From Podarcis pityusensis (taxonomy: Eukaryota): a stretch of DNA of 64,000 nt. The notes under the pieces are model-generated. The model saw nothing but the letters and a program-made list of their open reading frames with translations, searched no databases and had not been told where the DNA came from. The position numbers and the translations under genes were made by a program. Shown here in pieces: positions 26,201-39,122 of the stretch; within the stretch, counting starts at the first letter, position 1, and each line of letters begins with the position of its first letter. The DNA lies in the NCBI GenBank assembly GCA_964106645.2, contig OZ067047.1. One strand, written 5' to 3'.

Positions 26201-27347
26201 TTCCTGTGCTCCTGCCCACTGGCTCTTTACCATTCTATTGTAAAGCTGGGCTAGTTACAGGTGTGTGGTCCCTGTTACCATCCACACTTTGATTCAGTCA
26301 TAACCAAGACATCTAGAAGCAACTCAGATCATCTCAAGCACGTAGGTTTAAGGGAGACTGTAGGGCGTTTCAGCATTCTCAAAGCAAACATTTCTTTCTC
26401 ACGTGAGCAAAAAAACATTTCAAGTGAAGCACCTTCACCTTCCCTTACTCATAATATTGTAGTGTAACTCAGCCACAGTCCTTTCAGTACAGATGTGAAG
26501 TGGAGACAATGGGAAAGGTGGGAGGAGTTGCATCTTAGTCTAGCCATGCATGCAGACATTACAAAAGTTAATTAACACCATAATCAGCCATGGGAGGGAA
26601 TACAAATGCAGCCTCTGTGGTGTATATAATATATTTGATGGAGGCATATGGCAGAAATGGGCAAACTTTGACACACCCCACCCAGATGCTGCTGGACTAT
26701 AGCCTTGACCACTGGCCTATGTCGACTAGGGTTGATGGGACTTTGAGCCCAACAACATCTGGAAGGCCACAGGTTCCGCATCCCTGCTCCAAGGAGTCTC
26801 ATATATTCCCAGTAATCCTTACAGTCACCTTGTTAGGGTAGGTTGTTGTTCTCCTATTTAAATGGGAAATCAAGAGAGAACACAGAACTGTATAAGAGCC
26901 AAACTGGTCATGACAACCGCAGACTCATGCATGACTACCAAATTCTAACAGAAGGTGGAAAGTGAACTCTTCTTACTAAATCACTTCCCCCAATATGTTC
27001 CCCTTTGCTGCAAAGGGTAAAAGCAGCTTGCGCAAGAAGAGTGTGGTAACAGTAAGGATTTGGCAAACGTCTCACCCAGCCATAACATGGAGTTGCAACA
27101 CACAATTAGTATTCTGCAGAATCTGAGCTGCACTGTGCCACCTACTGGGCACGTAACCAAACACTGACATTCGAACCAGGGATTTCCTAGTTCACCAGCG
27201 CCCCACCCACCTTCCCATAGTTATACCATGCACCCCACACACTATGGAACCTGCACCTCTCTTTTAGGGAACATCTTAAGAAGCTATTTGCTGAACATGC
27301 ACAAGAGATCCTTTCTCAACTCCTGAGCTTTCTACAGGATCCAGGTG

Positions 27348-27535
27348 TTTCAGATGAAGGCTGACAACTGAATACACCATCTGCACCACAAGACTGGGAA
27401 GGAGAGGGTGAGATACAGTCTACCTTTCAGGAATCTAGACTTTTTCAGATGAAGGCTGACAACTGAATACACCATCTGCACCACAAGACTGGGAAGGAGA
27501 GGGTGAGATACAGTCTACCTTTCAGGAATCTAGAC
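27348..27535. repeat. Perfect tandem duplication, 2 x 93 bp (period 95)
   Basis: 27348-27440 identical to 27443-27535. Confidence 0.96.
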
Positions 27536-29131
27536 ATTCCATTTGCTGAACCCTTTCTGCAGGATTTCTAGTATTAAATGTTTGTGAGAACCTGCCCCCT
27601 GAAAAAAGTGAAGCTTCCTTTAGGCTTCAGAAGCATCTGGAAAAACAGGACACACTGCTTGCAGTTTATTTCTCCAGTACTATTTGTATTACCCCCTTGG
27701 CCTGCTGTTTACTTTATCAGTGGCCACAGAATTGCTTTTGGGACTCTGCCATTGCTCATCAAGGTCAGCACATTAATATAAAAGAGTATAAGCAGAAAGA
27801 CTGTTTAACAAACAGAAAATTTTGTCTCTAAATGACCATGCTACTTGAATGTATCCAATGAATATTAAACCACACAGTTTTTCCTGATTTAAGCATTGCA
27901 CGCTCTTGCAAATAGGTAACTGCACAACATGCCCCAGGCAAAGTTGCTGGAGAGTGAGAAGACAATAACCTTTTCAGTTGTAGTTAAAGCCTCATCTTCA
28001 GGGAAAGATTTTCCCAGTTTGGAGTATTTAACTATTGAGCCCTAACAGGACCTAAGCAGTTAGTTCTTTCCCACCTAAATCAAATGCAAAGCCTTGCAAC
28101 AGAATAGCCCAAATGAAGTCTGTAATGAAATTTCTGGGGGAATGTTGTTCCCAGAGTTATACTGCACTTTGTTCTGATGGAACCAAGCTTCTATTGCTCA
28201 AGCAGTTTGAGCATGGTTTGCTCAAGTGTAAGGGGGAGGGGGAAGCAGTAAGATATAATTACACAGCAAATGCTACCTAACTGGTATGTGCAGTGTGTAG
28301 GTTAAGCAAGGGGTGAGGTGGTGAAAGTGCACTATGTGATCATGATCTGAAACCTATTGCTTACAGGACAAAGCCCGATTCACTGGGTATTCTCCTGAAT
28401 CTGTGAAGAAACTGAGCCTCTGATTCTCAGGAGCAACACATTCAATTACTCTCAAAATTTGAAGCACACAAACTATAGTACTTAAAGACAGAGGCATGTA
28501 GAAATTTCTACAGCTTATAAAGATGTTTGAGCTTCATTTGTCAAACATGGCAAAAGCACATTCATGTCTCACATTTCCTTTGGACATGCATAGTTGTCAT
28601 CTGAAGTCTTTATGCCCAATTTTCTCCAATTTAATTGTACGTGGGGGCATTACTGTATTCCCCATACTTGTGCGTTCTGTAACACAGAGCAATTGAAGCA
28701 GAGAAATCTGTTGAAAGTACTCAGTGATTAATTGAGGTGACAAGTACAGCAGTACACTCCTTGACTTTTGAAATTATGAAACGAGAGGCACTCTGATTAG
28801 CAATATCCTGTTGCTGATGTTGCACAGTAAAAGAGGAGTCAGAGCAACTGAAAATTAGTTGCAAGATCAAAATTGAATGCTGAGTTGGGAGAGCCACAGT
28901 ATAACACAAGTGAGAAGCCAGAGGGCTCTATAGTTCACAAGTTCAAGTCGCTCCTCATATAGGCACAGCCTTTGTTTCAATGATAAGTATTTCACAACAC
29001 TCACATACACACACACTTTTTTATAAAAGCAATGTTAAGTGCAATGAGGCACCTTTCTGTGACAGTCGGGAAAAATAACTGTCAAGGCTTTCACACAAAC
29101 TAAATATGGTGTGTCACAGTAATATTTGATA

Positions 29132-29225
29132 TGCTGTGCAATCCTATACAGGTTTACTCAGAAGCAAGGTCCAGTGAGTTGAGTGGAACTAATACCCAGG
29201 TAAGTAAGCATAGGATTGCAGCCTT
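29132..29225. mobile_element. Short palindromic MITE-like element
   Basis: TGCAATCCTAT...ATAGGATTGCA inverted ends; related sequence at ~42935-43022. Confidence 0.55.
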
Positions 29226-32200
29226 AAGCAACTGTTAAAGTCTCTCTCTCCAGGAATCTGAGCTCTTTCTTGACATTCAAGTAGTCTACTTTTTTTTTGC
29301 AGCTGCATGGTACTTGGATGCACTACTTCAGAGCACTCATTTTTAAGTTTAGTTTATTATCCCAGGGTATAGGGCTGCCACCACTCAAAAATATGAACTG
29401 CACTATTCACTTGGTGTCAAGCAAGTTCTGAACTAAGGAAATATAAATTTTATATGCCACAACATGAAATATGTGTGAAAATTTAACTGGCATAAACCTC
29501 TTGGTATCAGTGTGGTTGCAAGGGAGGGTCAACAAATTACCTATATTGGAAAGGAAGAGCAATTCTGCCATTTTATGTACAAACAGAAGATGCAACCCAA
29601 GCCATATGGTTCACATGTTAAGATTATCCCCATATTCTGGCCCTATTGGTTGCAACTGTTAACACAAAATTAACTGACTCTTCTTAAAAGTTCCACATCA
29701 CTTTAAATTTAGAAGTCATCTTTCCCTTCATGATGAACTGTTTGGCTTTTGCTGCTTTCCAATTCTTAGATTAAATAATTGTATCATTTAACCATTTCCT
29801 TCTTCCACTCTTCCCGACACACCACTACAGGACTTGAGGAATGCCAGCTGCAGACCAGCAAGTCATTACTAGCCTCTGTATGGTATCAAAGGGAAACATT
29901 CTTATAACAGGAGGCAAGGGAAACCCATGATTGGGCTTTTCTTCTCAGAAGGCTTGCGACTGGTTAACTAGAGAGCCTATGCAAACTTAGATGGGCTTGT
30001 GGTTACAACAAAAACAGAAGTATCCCTGCAAACAGATTAGGATATTGGGGGGCGGGGTACTACTGCCAAGGCAAAATACTTTGCATTCAAAGCTAGGAAA
30101 GCTATTTGCACAACTGTATTTCTTAAGAATCATGTTTTGCCCTTAATCATGTTTTGTCTTACCACCCTTTCCCCACACAATCATCATTGCTGAAATACAG
30201 AAGTGCAATGGCAGGGGTGGAAAAGTGGTATGGAAACTCCACAGTAGTGACAGGCCACGCCTGCCATTACAAACCAACTGCAGAGTTAAGTCCTGGGACA
30301 TGTTGCACTCAAGAGTGAAGCTGATATTAATTAGTTCAGCTTACAAGAGTATGGGAACTTGTGCATGGAAATAGCATATTGTGTTATGGGGAGGGGTGTA
30401 GAGGTGGTTATAAGTTTCAAACTCCATCTGCAGCACACTTAAGCCCAACTGGCAGCAACCCAAAGCTTAAAAAGTTTGGAATATATCTTATTCCAAGCTA
30501 AATGTAGCATAGTATGCTTTCTGAAACTGTTGTTTCCTATTACCATGTGTGCAGTACATGCCTTCTCAGCATAGGAAAGAGACAGCATGCCCACAAGGAA
30601 AACATTCCAGAGGGAGAACACATTCTTCGTGACCACTCAGTAGAGTAATCCCACTTTAAGATGACAGCAGTGGCTTCAGAGACTCCAGCCCAGCCCTGCT
30701 GCTCAAAGGGTTTGGTTTAGAGTTCACCATGTCTCCCTGGGCAACAGGATCTTAAGAGACAGGCCTGGGACATTGCACAAGAGGACAATATTGAAGCAAA
30801 AGTTCCTATCCCCGCAGGCTTTGAGTGCTCAGCATAGGAGCCCAAAGTACTGCCAACAATACCTCCACAGCAGCAGATCAGAGCCAATAACTAAACGCTT
30901 CCCTGCTGTGCCACAGGTAGAAACACAATTCCCATTTACTTAGATTTGAAAGCAAGGCTGCCTCTTCTGCTGGCTTTACCATCCCATTCAAGTTCATGCA
31001 AGACGTATGTCAGAGTCAACACCCCTCCCATCTATGATCATGCCTTCTCATTTTTTCACGGACTCTGCAATTTGCATCAATGCTAAGCTTCTTTCTTCTA
31101 AAGCACTTTCTCTTCACGGACATTTCTTCTGTATTATCTTTCTGGTCCACATTTAAGTGCAAAAGCCTGATACCTGACACAAGCAGCAGTAGCTCCTTCT
31201 CTCTGAATGCAGACCACCACTATCCCAGGAGCAGACAGAAAAGTAGGGCAAGTGGTTTCTAACGGATCAAGAGCAGGAAGGAGGAGGCTGTTGGCATTCC
31301 CCACAAGTGATTTTCTTCATGAATTGAATTCATTTCTATCTGAGGGCCAGGATAGGACCAAAGCAGATCCAACATTAGTACTGTCTGGCTCAGATTGGAA
31401 CAAGGATCTGCCGCGCCCTCAACAACCTTTTTTTTAAAAAAAATGCCACTGATCCTGAACTTCTCGTGACCACAAAGGAAACAAGCTAATAATTGTCCAT
31501 GATCAGGAATCTATGGTTACACCATTGCCTTTTCATGTTGTAATGATAATCCCTCATTTCCTGCTCCATTATGAGTTTTATAAGGTCTGGCAACTTGGCT
31601 AAAGTGACAGCTAGTTTCATAGGAAAGCCAGCCTCAGGCTCTTGGGACTATAACTATTTTTAATCACTAGTTCTAGATAGCAGCAGCAGCTCTGAACATT
31701 CAGTGTCATCAGAGTATCTTAAGCAACTAAAGCTCTCCAAAATTTCAATACAGAATTATAATCATATGCAACTTTTTAAAAGCCTTGTGACCACCTACTC
31801 AGAAATGTTACCTATCCCTTCGGCACAGCCCTTTGCCATCTGCCAGCACTACTTTCCTGGGATGTTCCCTTATCCAAAAGCAAGTGTTGGTCCAACACAA
31901 AGGAGAAATGTTGTGCACAAACGCAGACATTCCAGTGACCATTCCTGGCTCAGCCTCCCTTCTTTACTGCACACCCCTGGACACAAACAAGTAGGCTAAA
32001 CTGCAGTTGCAAGCTTGTTTTTAAGATAACCTAAAGGCCATAAACAGCTTGGGAGCCTCCAATAAAGAAATGCTTGTAACTGGGACTGCTGAAGACATAG
32101 GTGAAAGGTAAAAAGTTAGCTAGTCGCTTTTCAGCTATGTTTTGTCAAAGGTCTACTTCCAAAGAACAGTTTATGAACATTAGGTAGATTCCCTAGACCT

Positions 32201-34093
32201 GCCTTCCTTCCCCAGTCTGGTACCCTCCATATGTTTTGGACTACATCTCCTATTGTTCCTGATCATTAGCCATGCTGGTTAGGCCTGTTGGAAATTGTAA
32301 TTCAATGCATTTGGAAGGCACCAACTGGGAAAGAGTACCCCAACTATTTGCCCCTCATTTTGGAAAAACATTGTTGAAGACTCCTGCAAGATGTACATAT
32401 GGCAAGCAATAGGATGGAGGGGAACTCAAGGACTAAAGGCTCAGTTACAGCCAGGAGAAAACAACAAAAAAGAGCAGTTCAGGGGATGAGAACAGTTTAA
32501 GAATAAGATGGAGTAGCTTGGAGGTCTGGGCAAGACTGTAACTGGAAGCTGGAACAGCAGTGCCTAAAAATACCATTTCTAAGAAAAAGTTCTTAGTGGA
32601 TCTCTCAGCTGTGCTTCCTCATATCAGACAACAAGAAAAAGGGTATTAGGGGCTGTATCCAGTTCTTGAGTAGACGCATAGAAATGAATGCCCTTGACTA
32701 ACTTAGGTCCATTAATTTCAGTGGGTGTGCTCTGAACAGAACTTGGTTGGATACAACCCATGATACTATTTGTGTTGTATCGCAACTTGCTCTTCAAACA
32801 CGTGTAGCAGGTTTGTGCAAGCACACTATTAAACAATATGAAATGTGGAAAAACAGCTAGTTAAGAGGAAACAAGAAGAAATTTAATGCAGGCTGGAGCC
32901 ATGAAAGTACCCAAAGGCTTTACTATATATATTATTCTTAAGGCTTTCATGATGCATGCCCAAGCAGTTTCAGCACTACTGTATAGCACAAAAGTCGTCC
33001 CTCTTCATTTCTTCTATAGTAACCTGAGGGATAACTAAGATACCTAGTCTGTGCACATTAACATCAAGTCTAGACTTTAAATACCTTGCATAATACTGCA
33101 CAAAATGAAAAATAAGCCCCATAGTGTAGTCCAGCAATTACAGCTTCACTCTACTTGAAAGGAACTTCATAGCCAACAGTGGTAAGGAGCAGGGCTTACC
33201 TGCTAAGCTAATTGGGTTGAAGGCATTTTCTAACTGGTCTGAATAATTTCAAGTGCCACTGCCAAACTGATTAGTGATTATGCGAAATCTACCACTAACA
33301 GCATCTTAGGGCAATATTAGACACTGCAGCAGTTGTGTGGGTTTAATCTTGGAGTAGCCTCATCACATATATTGGGAGAGGACACACTGATCAAGGGGTT
33401 CAACCCTTCCTGAATATCTTGCAGCTCCTCTCCCCAGCTGCTTCTCACACAGCAAAGATGGTATTGGAGTGCTTCTGTGAGAGCAGAAAAAAAATGTGGT
33501 TGTTTCAATCAGGTGAGTAGATGAAATGTACTATTTTAGAGATACTAAAGATAATCTTTGCATTCATCTAAATCTTATCAATGCATTTGAATGTGTTTGG
33601 AAGAAATTCCCATATTTTCAAAGGAACTCATTTTCAAGCATTTAATTAAATTTAGGATACTGTCATTGGAAGTAAGTTGGATGAAGTGGTAGCCTGGTAC
33701 AAAAGTTAGCATACTGATGAAAGATTGCACATTCTGTATTTAACAGTTGCAGCAACCTCTTAACAGAGCAGTAGGTCACTAGAACTTTTAGAATCTTTGG
33801 GTTCCCAAACTACAAGTGGTCGACAAGTTTCATTCAAGTGGCCCAGTGTGTCTAAAAATACAATTAAAAACATACACCATCTAGCACAGCATAATCATTA
33901 CAATTGCTCTAAGAGGCAGGAGAATCATTAAGTGATCTGCCAAGGCCCTCAGCAATGTTCAAGTGGTCTCAGAGGGAAAAGGTTTGGGAACCACTACTAT
34001 AGACTAATGAAAATGGGTACTGGGATCCATGTTGTTTAAACTACCCTAGTCCAAGGCAGGCAATAAATTTTTTACTGTATGCAGAACCATTTG

Positions 34094-34468
34094 TTGTTTT
34101 TTTTAAATGATATTTATTAAAATTTCAGAGAAAAAAAGAATTACACAAAAACAAAAGGTAAAAATACAAGAAAAATACAAAATACAAAATAAAAGAATAA
34201 AAGACACTTAAAAAGAAAAAAAGAAAAATGGATCAATCTTTCCGTAGCTTACATTCATATCCTTGTTTCCCTGACCTCCTCATACCTCCCTTTTTTGTAT
34301 TCCAGTTCAATTAGTTAAGTCAGCAATTTCTTTCCCTCTTTGTTTTCTCATGATCCTTTAACTTTAAATTTTCATCTGTTATCAATCCTTTTTTACATAC
34401 ACCTTTATAGCATTACTGCTTAAACCACCTAGCTTCATTCCAACATCATTCTAACATTCATTAATTTT
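34094..34468 (-). mobile_element. 5'-truncated polyadenylated LINE (L1/Tx1-like) 3'UTR insertion
   Basis: Minus strand AATAAA plus A-rich tail; TSD GAACCATTTG (34084-34093, 34472-34481). Confidence 0.7.
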
Positions 34469-34648
34469 GCTGAACCATTTGGATCCTCTTGTTAAACCTC
34501 TCTCAGAGCCCATGCCTAATTGGTGTATGGATAACCAATTCAAGATAGCCCTATATAGCATACTGTCTTAGGCTTGGGTAAAGGCATGAATGTGCTGGGA
34601 CTTTTCCCATTTCCTCAAAATACACAGGGAAGCAGTATTTGCAGGATA

Positions 34649-34989
34649 AAAGGTAAAGGGACCTCTGACCATTAGGTCCAGTTGTGGACGACTCTGGGGT
34701 TGCGGCGCTCATCTCGCTTTATTGGCCGAGGGAGCCGGCGTACAGCTTCCGGGTCATGTGGCCAGCATGACTAAGCCGCTTCTGGCGAACCAGAGCAGCG
34801 CATGGAAATGCTGTTTACCTTTCCACCAGAGCGGTACCTATTTATCTACTACTTTGACGTGCTTTCGAACTGCTAGGTTGGCAGGAGCAGGGACTGAGCA
34901 ACAGGAGCTCACCTCATCGCGGGGATTCGAACTGCCGACCTTCTGACTGGCAAGCCCTAGGCTCTGTGGTTTAACCCACAGCGCCACCC
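34649..34989 (-). mobile_element. Sauria SINE
   Basis: Same consensus as 18158; (ACCTTT) tail; 8-bp TSD GCAGGATA. Confidence 0.93.
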
Positions 34990-36990
34990 GCAGGATACCA
35001 GAAGCTTAATGGGAGGGTGAGAGAACTTTGTCATAGTCTATATTGTGGAGAAAGTATAGCCCCATCCCCATTCCACAACAACATAATGGTTCCTTCAATA
35101 CAAATCAACAGCAAAGGCAAATGTTCAGAAATATGAGGACATATCCCAAAGGGCTGGACATGAAAGAAGTAATCTAAAATTAGGTATTGGTACTATTAAT
35201 GCATTACTTAATGTTTAGCTTCTAGGGATGAGTCTGTAATTGTATGTAACCACAAGCAGTCCATGTACTCTTGCCATCAAGTCTTTAGCTACTTCTTTCC
35301 ATGTTCTTTTGTCACATATGTCATACGGGGAGGGGTGCTTCAAGTCAAGGTAAGAACAAAGTCATCTTAGATTCACAGTCAACAAGAACTATGCTACTTC
35401 AGGCAATCCAGTACTATTACATTTCAGCCTGCATAGATAGGAGCTATTGACAGTGAACACACATCAGATCAGAGAAGACATTTGCCTAAAAGCTGATAGC
35501 TGGCAGTAGTTTGCATATAAACATGGCACAACTAGATCTAAGCTACCGAGTCTGTTCATGCCATGAAAAGTCTCCACATGAAAAAAAACCGCCCAAATTA
35601 TGATTTACATCTATGAAAATAGGCACTCTTGTTAAGGTGGATCTATACTATTTTCCATAGCGCTGTTAGCAAGCTGGATGTGTGGAAATTTGATAGCTCA
35701 GAGCAGTCATGTAGGAATATGGCAACTAAGTATCGGAATTGCTGCTTCATAAGGAAATTGCTTTGTGGGATCTGGCCCAAGTACTAAGCAGCATCCTCCA
35801 AAAAGAAGGACTTCTCTTATGGCTTTGGAAAATTTTACAAGTACCCCTTGTTGGAGTGCCTGTACCTCCCAGGACTTCTCTTGGAGATTTCATCCTATTA
35901 TGGCATCCTAGACAAGAAATAAATGTAACCCTGTGCATGATATGTAGGAGTAGAAAGTTAAAACCTGCCCCCGCGATGTAGATCATTCATTTGTCCAAGT
36001 CTTCTTTTAGAAAGTAAATAATTATAAGTCAGATTTTTATGCGAGTGACATTTTGGGTGCATGCACTGACTAACCATTTTTGCAGAGACCGGTTAGAATA
36101 AAGATACTCTGAAATATGGTCCCTTTTATTAATAGTGCACATTTGCCCCAGGCTCAAGAGAGAAACTTGCATTATCTTCCATGCCTGCCTGTTTCTGGCC
36201 TACCTGAACACCTGCCGTGTCCAAATACATGAAAAAAAATTAGATACAGCTCAAGGTGAATAGTGCAAGCACTCACCAGCTACAAACTGGAGGCTGAGCT
36301 ATGCCCATTCAGCAGCAGTTTCCAGTTATAGATTTTCTGAAAAGCAGATATAAAATGACCAGGATCCAAACTAGCACAAGTGTAATTTTAAAAGTGAAAA
36401 AAATAAAATCTAGCAAATGTGGAAGTTATTCTAGGGTACTGATGCACCCTTCTAGGTCATGGGCTCCATTGTGCGGTACTTCATAAGGTACAAAGGACTG
36501 CTGCCAGACCCTCCCTCATGCATGTTCAGAAGCACTTTTCACTCCTGCACTCAAAGTGGGTGGGAAGTTGAATCTTGGCCAAAAATTTCTGCCAGAATTC
36601 AACAGTTTAAGGTAAAACTTACATAATACCACAAAACAAGCTCACTCTCTCTCCCTCTCAAAGTATGTATGTATATGTATATGTATTCCTACCAGCAGCA
36701 TCTTGACATGGTACAATAGTAGCACAAAACATTTAAGATTTGGTCACGTCAGTAAAAAAAAACCCCACTAAAAACTGGCAATCATCTAGTACATGAGATG
36801 TGAAGAGAAGAGATCCAGCATATTTTCTAAGACTCTCCCTCTTTTTAAATTTACATTTCAATATTGTAGATTTAAAAATGCATAGGCCAGCATAAAACAA
36901 AAAATTAAATGTTACCACATTAATTGCAAGCTTCCAGGTTAGATGGTTTACATGCTAACTAAATCCACCTTAGTCCATTATCAAAATGCC

Positions 36991-37447
36991 CAGTGTTAGA
37001 AACTGGAACAGGAATGCTAGAAGCCATGTGGCTCCTGGGACCTAGGCCGCGGGCGGCAAAACAAAATGTCTAGGTGCATTGTTTGTTTTTTCCTGCCCTG
37101 CTACCAGACCAGGTAGCCACACTGGGGGGGAGGGGGCTGGCTAGGAAATCAGGGGGTCTGCAAGGTAGTACAGCAGCAAAATACGTGTCTTTTGCTTCCA
37201 CTCTACCCTGCCAAACACCTGATTCACCCCAGTGTGGCCGCATGGAAGCAAAAAAAGTGTGTTTTTTCCTGCTGCACCGTTTGGCAAATCAGGTGTTTGG
37301 TGGGAGTGCCCGGCAGACCAGATGACTACAGCCAGGCAGGTGGACATGCTAGGCACAAAGCATGCCTCCTTGATATCTCCATCCAGTTGCAGGAGGCCAG
37401 TTGCCAGTCGCAAAATGCGACTGGCGCCCAGCTAATTTTGAACGCTG
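36991..37447. mobile_element. hAT-like non-autonomous element
   Basis: Ends CAGTGTTAGAAA / TTTGAACGCTG; flanking direct repeat AATGCCCA overlapping the left end. Confidence 0.55.
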
Positions 37448-38624
37448 AATGCCCATTATGGCAAATACTCCAGCATCTATTCCATTATTTAATAAAAGGC
37501 ATCCAATTCTTCTCAAAAGTCTACTGTATTACTTCTTCCTTCCCCCAAGTATTTGTAACTCCTAGTAACTCCAAGACTTCCTCTTAAGAGAGCACTTATG
37601 GCAGTATTTTGCAATACGAGATTAAAGGCTCCAAGTGTAGCTCTTAACAGAGGAATTTTGGAATCCTTAAGGGAGACATATCCAAAATCAAGATGAGCTC
37701 CTTTACAAGGAGGAAGGAGAACAGAATTCAGGTTCTGCATGAAGGGAAATAATCTGAAGCTATCCAGGACAAGACTAGCATGTACCAAAATTAACTCTCA
37801 AAACTGCAGTGAGAATGTAATGTGCTACTCTCCCTTCACATCCAGCCCTAAATTCAAGTCAAACTCTCTGGATTAACAGGAGTTCATGGAATACAGGACC
37901 TTTAGGTCACATGCTGCCCAAGCACACCACAACAGTAAGCATAACGAATTAAATAAGAAGACTGTACTGTGCAAAAAGCCTGTCTCAATTTAGGCTAGAA
38001 AAATAAATAGCAGTTAAGTGGGCATGCTTATTCACTCACTGGTCACTTCTGGCTCTCAAATTACAGTAACTCTTAAGGAGATCTCCAGTGTTAGTCATAC
38101 ACGGATTAGACCTGTGAAATCAATGGACAAATTACTCATCTCTCAATTTCAACATGTATATTCTAAGCACAACTAACACTGGATATTACCCTTAGTTTCT
38201 AGTTGTCCCCATCCTTGGAAACCTCAAACACACAGATAAGGCTTGCATGGATGACAGCTTCTTTTGCTGTTACATTCCAGACAATTTTACCTTTTATTCC
38301 AAGTACTTTCAGACCAAGTTATATCTGACTTGGTATGCTGCCCCTTTAGTCTGAATCCAAATCTTTCAAAAGTTAATTTGGGCATGTTTAACTGACCCTG
38401 TGTAAATTCTTCTACAAGTCACCCTATCTGCTCTGGACTCCTTGGAGAAGATGGATGGGGAATAAATATCCAGAGTTTCAAAAAGTAGATTGGACTGATC
38501 CAAGTTGCAACAGGTAGCAAATCTGGGGCTGCAGTAAAGGATGAAGACTCGCTTGGTCACCTGTGGTGGTTAATCATTACCTACATTTACTGAGGGACCT
38601 TCTCCACTGTTGAAGGTCATCATA

Positions 38625-38765
38625 GCTGTGGGGTGGGGAATCTCTAGCCCGCCAGATGTTGTTGAACTACAGTTCCCATCATCCACAACCACTGGCCATG
38701 CTTGCTGGGGCTGATGGGAGTTGGGAATCCAGCAACGTGTAGAGGGCCACAGGTTCCACACACCC
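38625..38765. mobile_element. Dispersed MITE family with ACTACAGTTCCCATCATCC core
   Basis: Related copies at ~23985-24070, 25720-25790, 26670-26790, 32200-32340 and 60275-60400; boundaries approximate. Confidence 0.65.
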
Positions 38766-38960
38766 ATAATAGCACTGGCCTGCAGAGGACTACAAACATA
38801 TTTCTCATTGCCCAGTATCAATTGAAAGAAATATCGTGGGGGATATAATAACTGGGTGTGTCTATAACACTGTTTTGCATTAGACAAGGCAGTAGCAAGG
38901 AGACTGCACTTGTAACTATTACTGCAACCAGTCAAGAACCACAAGGAGGACTCAGGGTAA

Positions 38961-39122
38961 CATGGGAACATAGGCAACTACCTTATACAGAGTCAAGAAC
39001 ATTGGTCCATCTAGCTCAGTACTGCCCACACGGACTGGCAGAGACTTTCAGACTGGGAACATTTCCAGCCCTGAATCAGAACCTTTTTCTGCAGGCAAGG
39101 CAGATGCTCTACCACTTGAGCC
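38961..39122 (-). mobile_element. tRNA-derived squamate SINE (Squam3-like)
   Basis: CATAGG...CCTTATAC...ATTGGTCCATCTAGCTCAGTACTG as in the 17861 copy. Confidence 0.65.

Noticed and set aside
27348-27535. CRISPR-like or array interpretation
   Set aside because: Only two adjacent copies with no spacers, in a vertebrate intron
8565-35903. Isolated intronic CArG matches (8565, 9821, 17330, 23655, 35894)
   Set aside because: A rough base-composition estimate predicts about five chance matches per 64 kb; no supporting context
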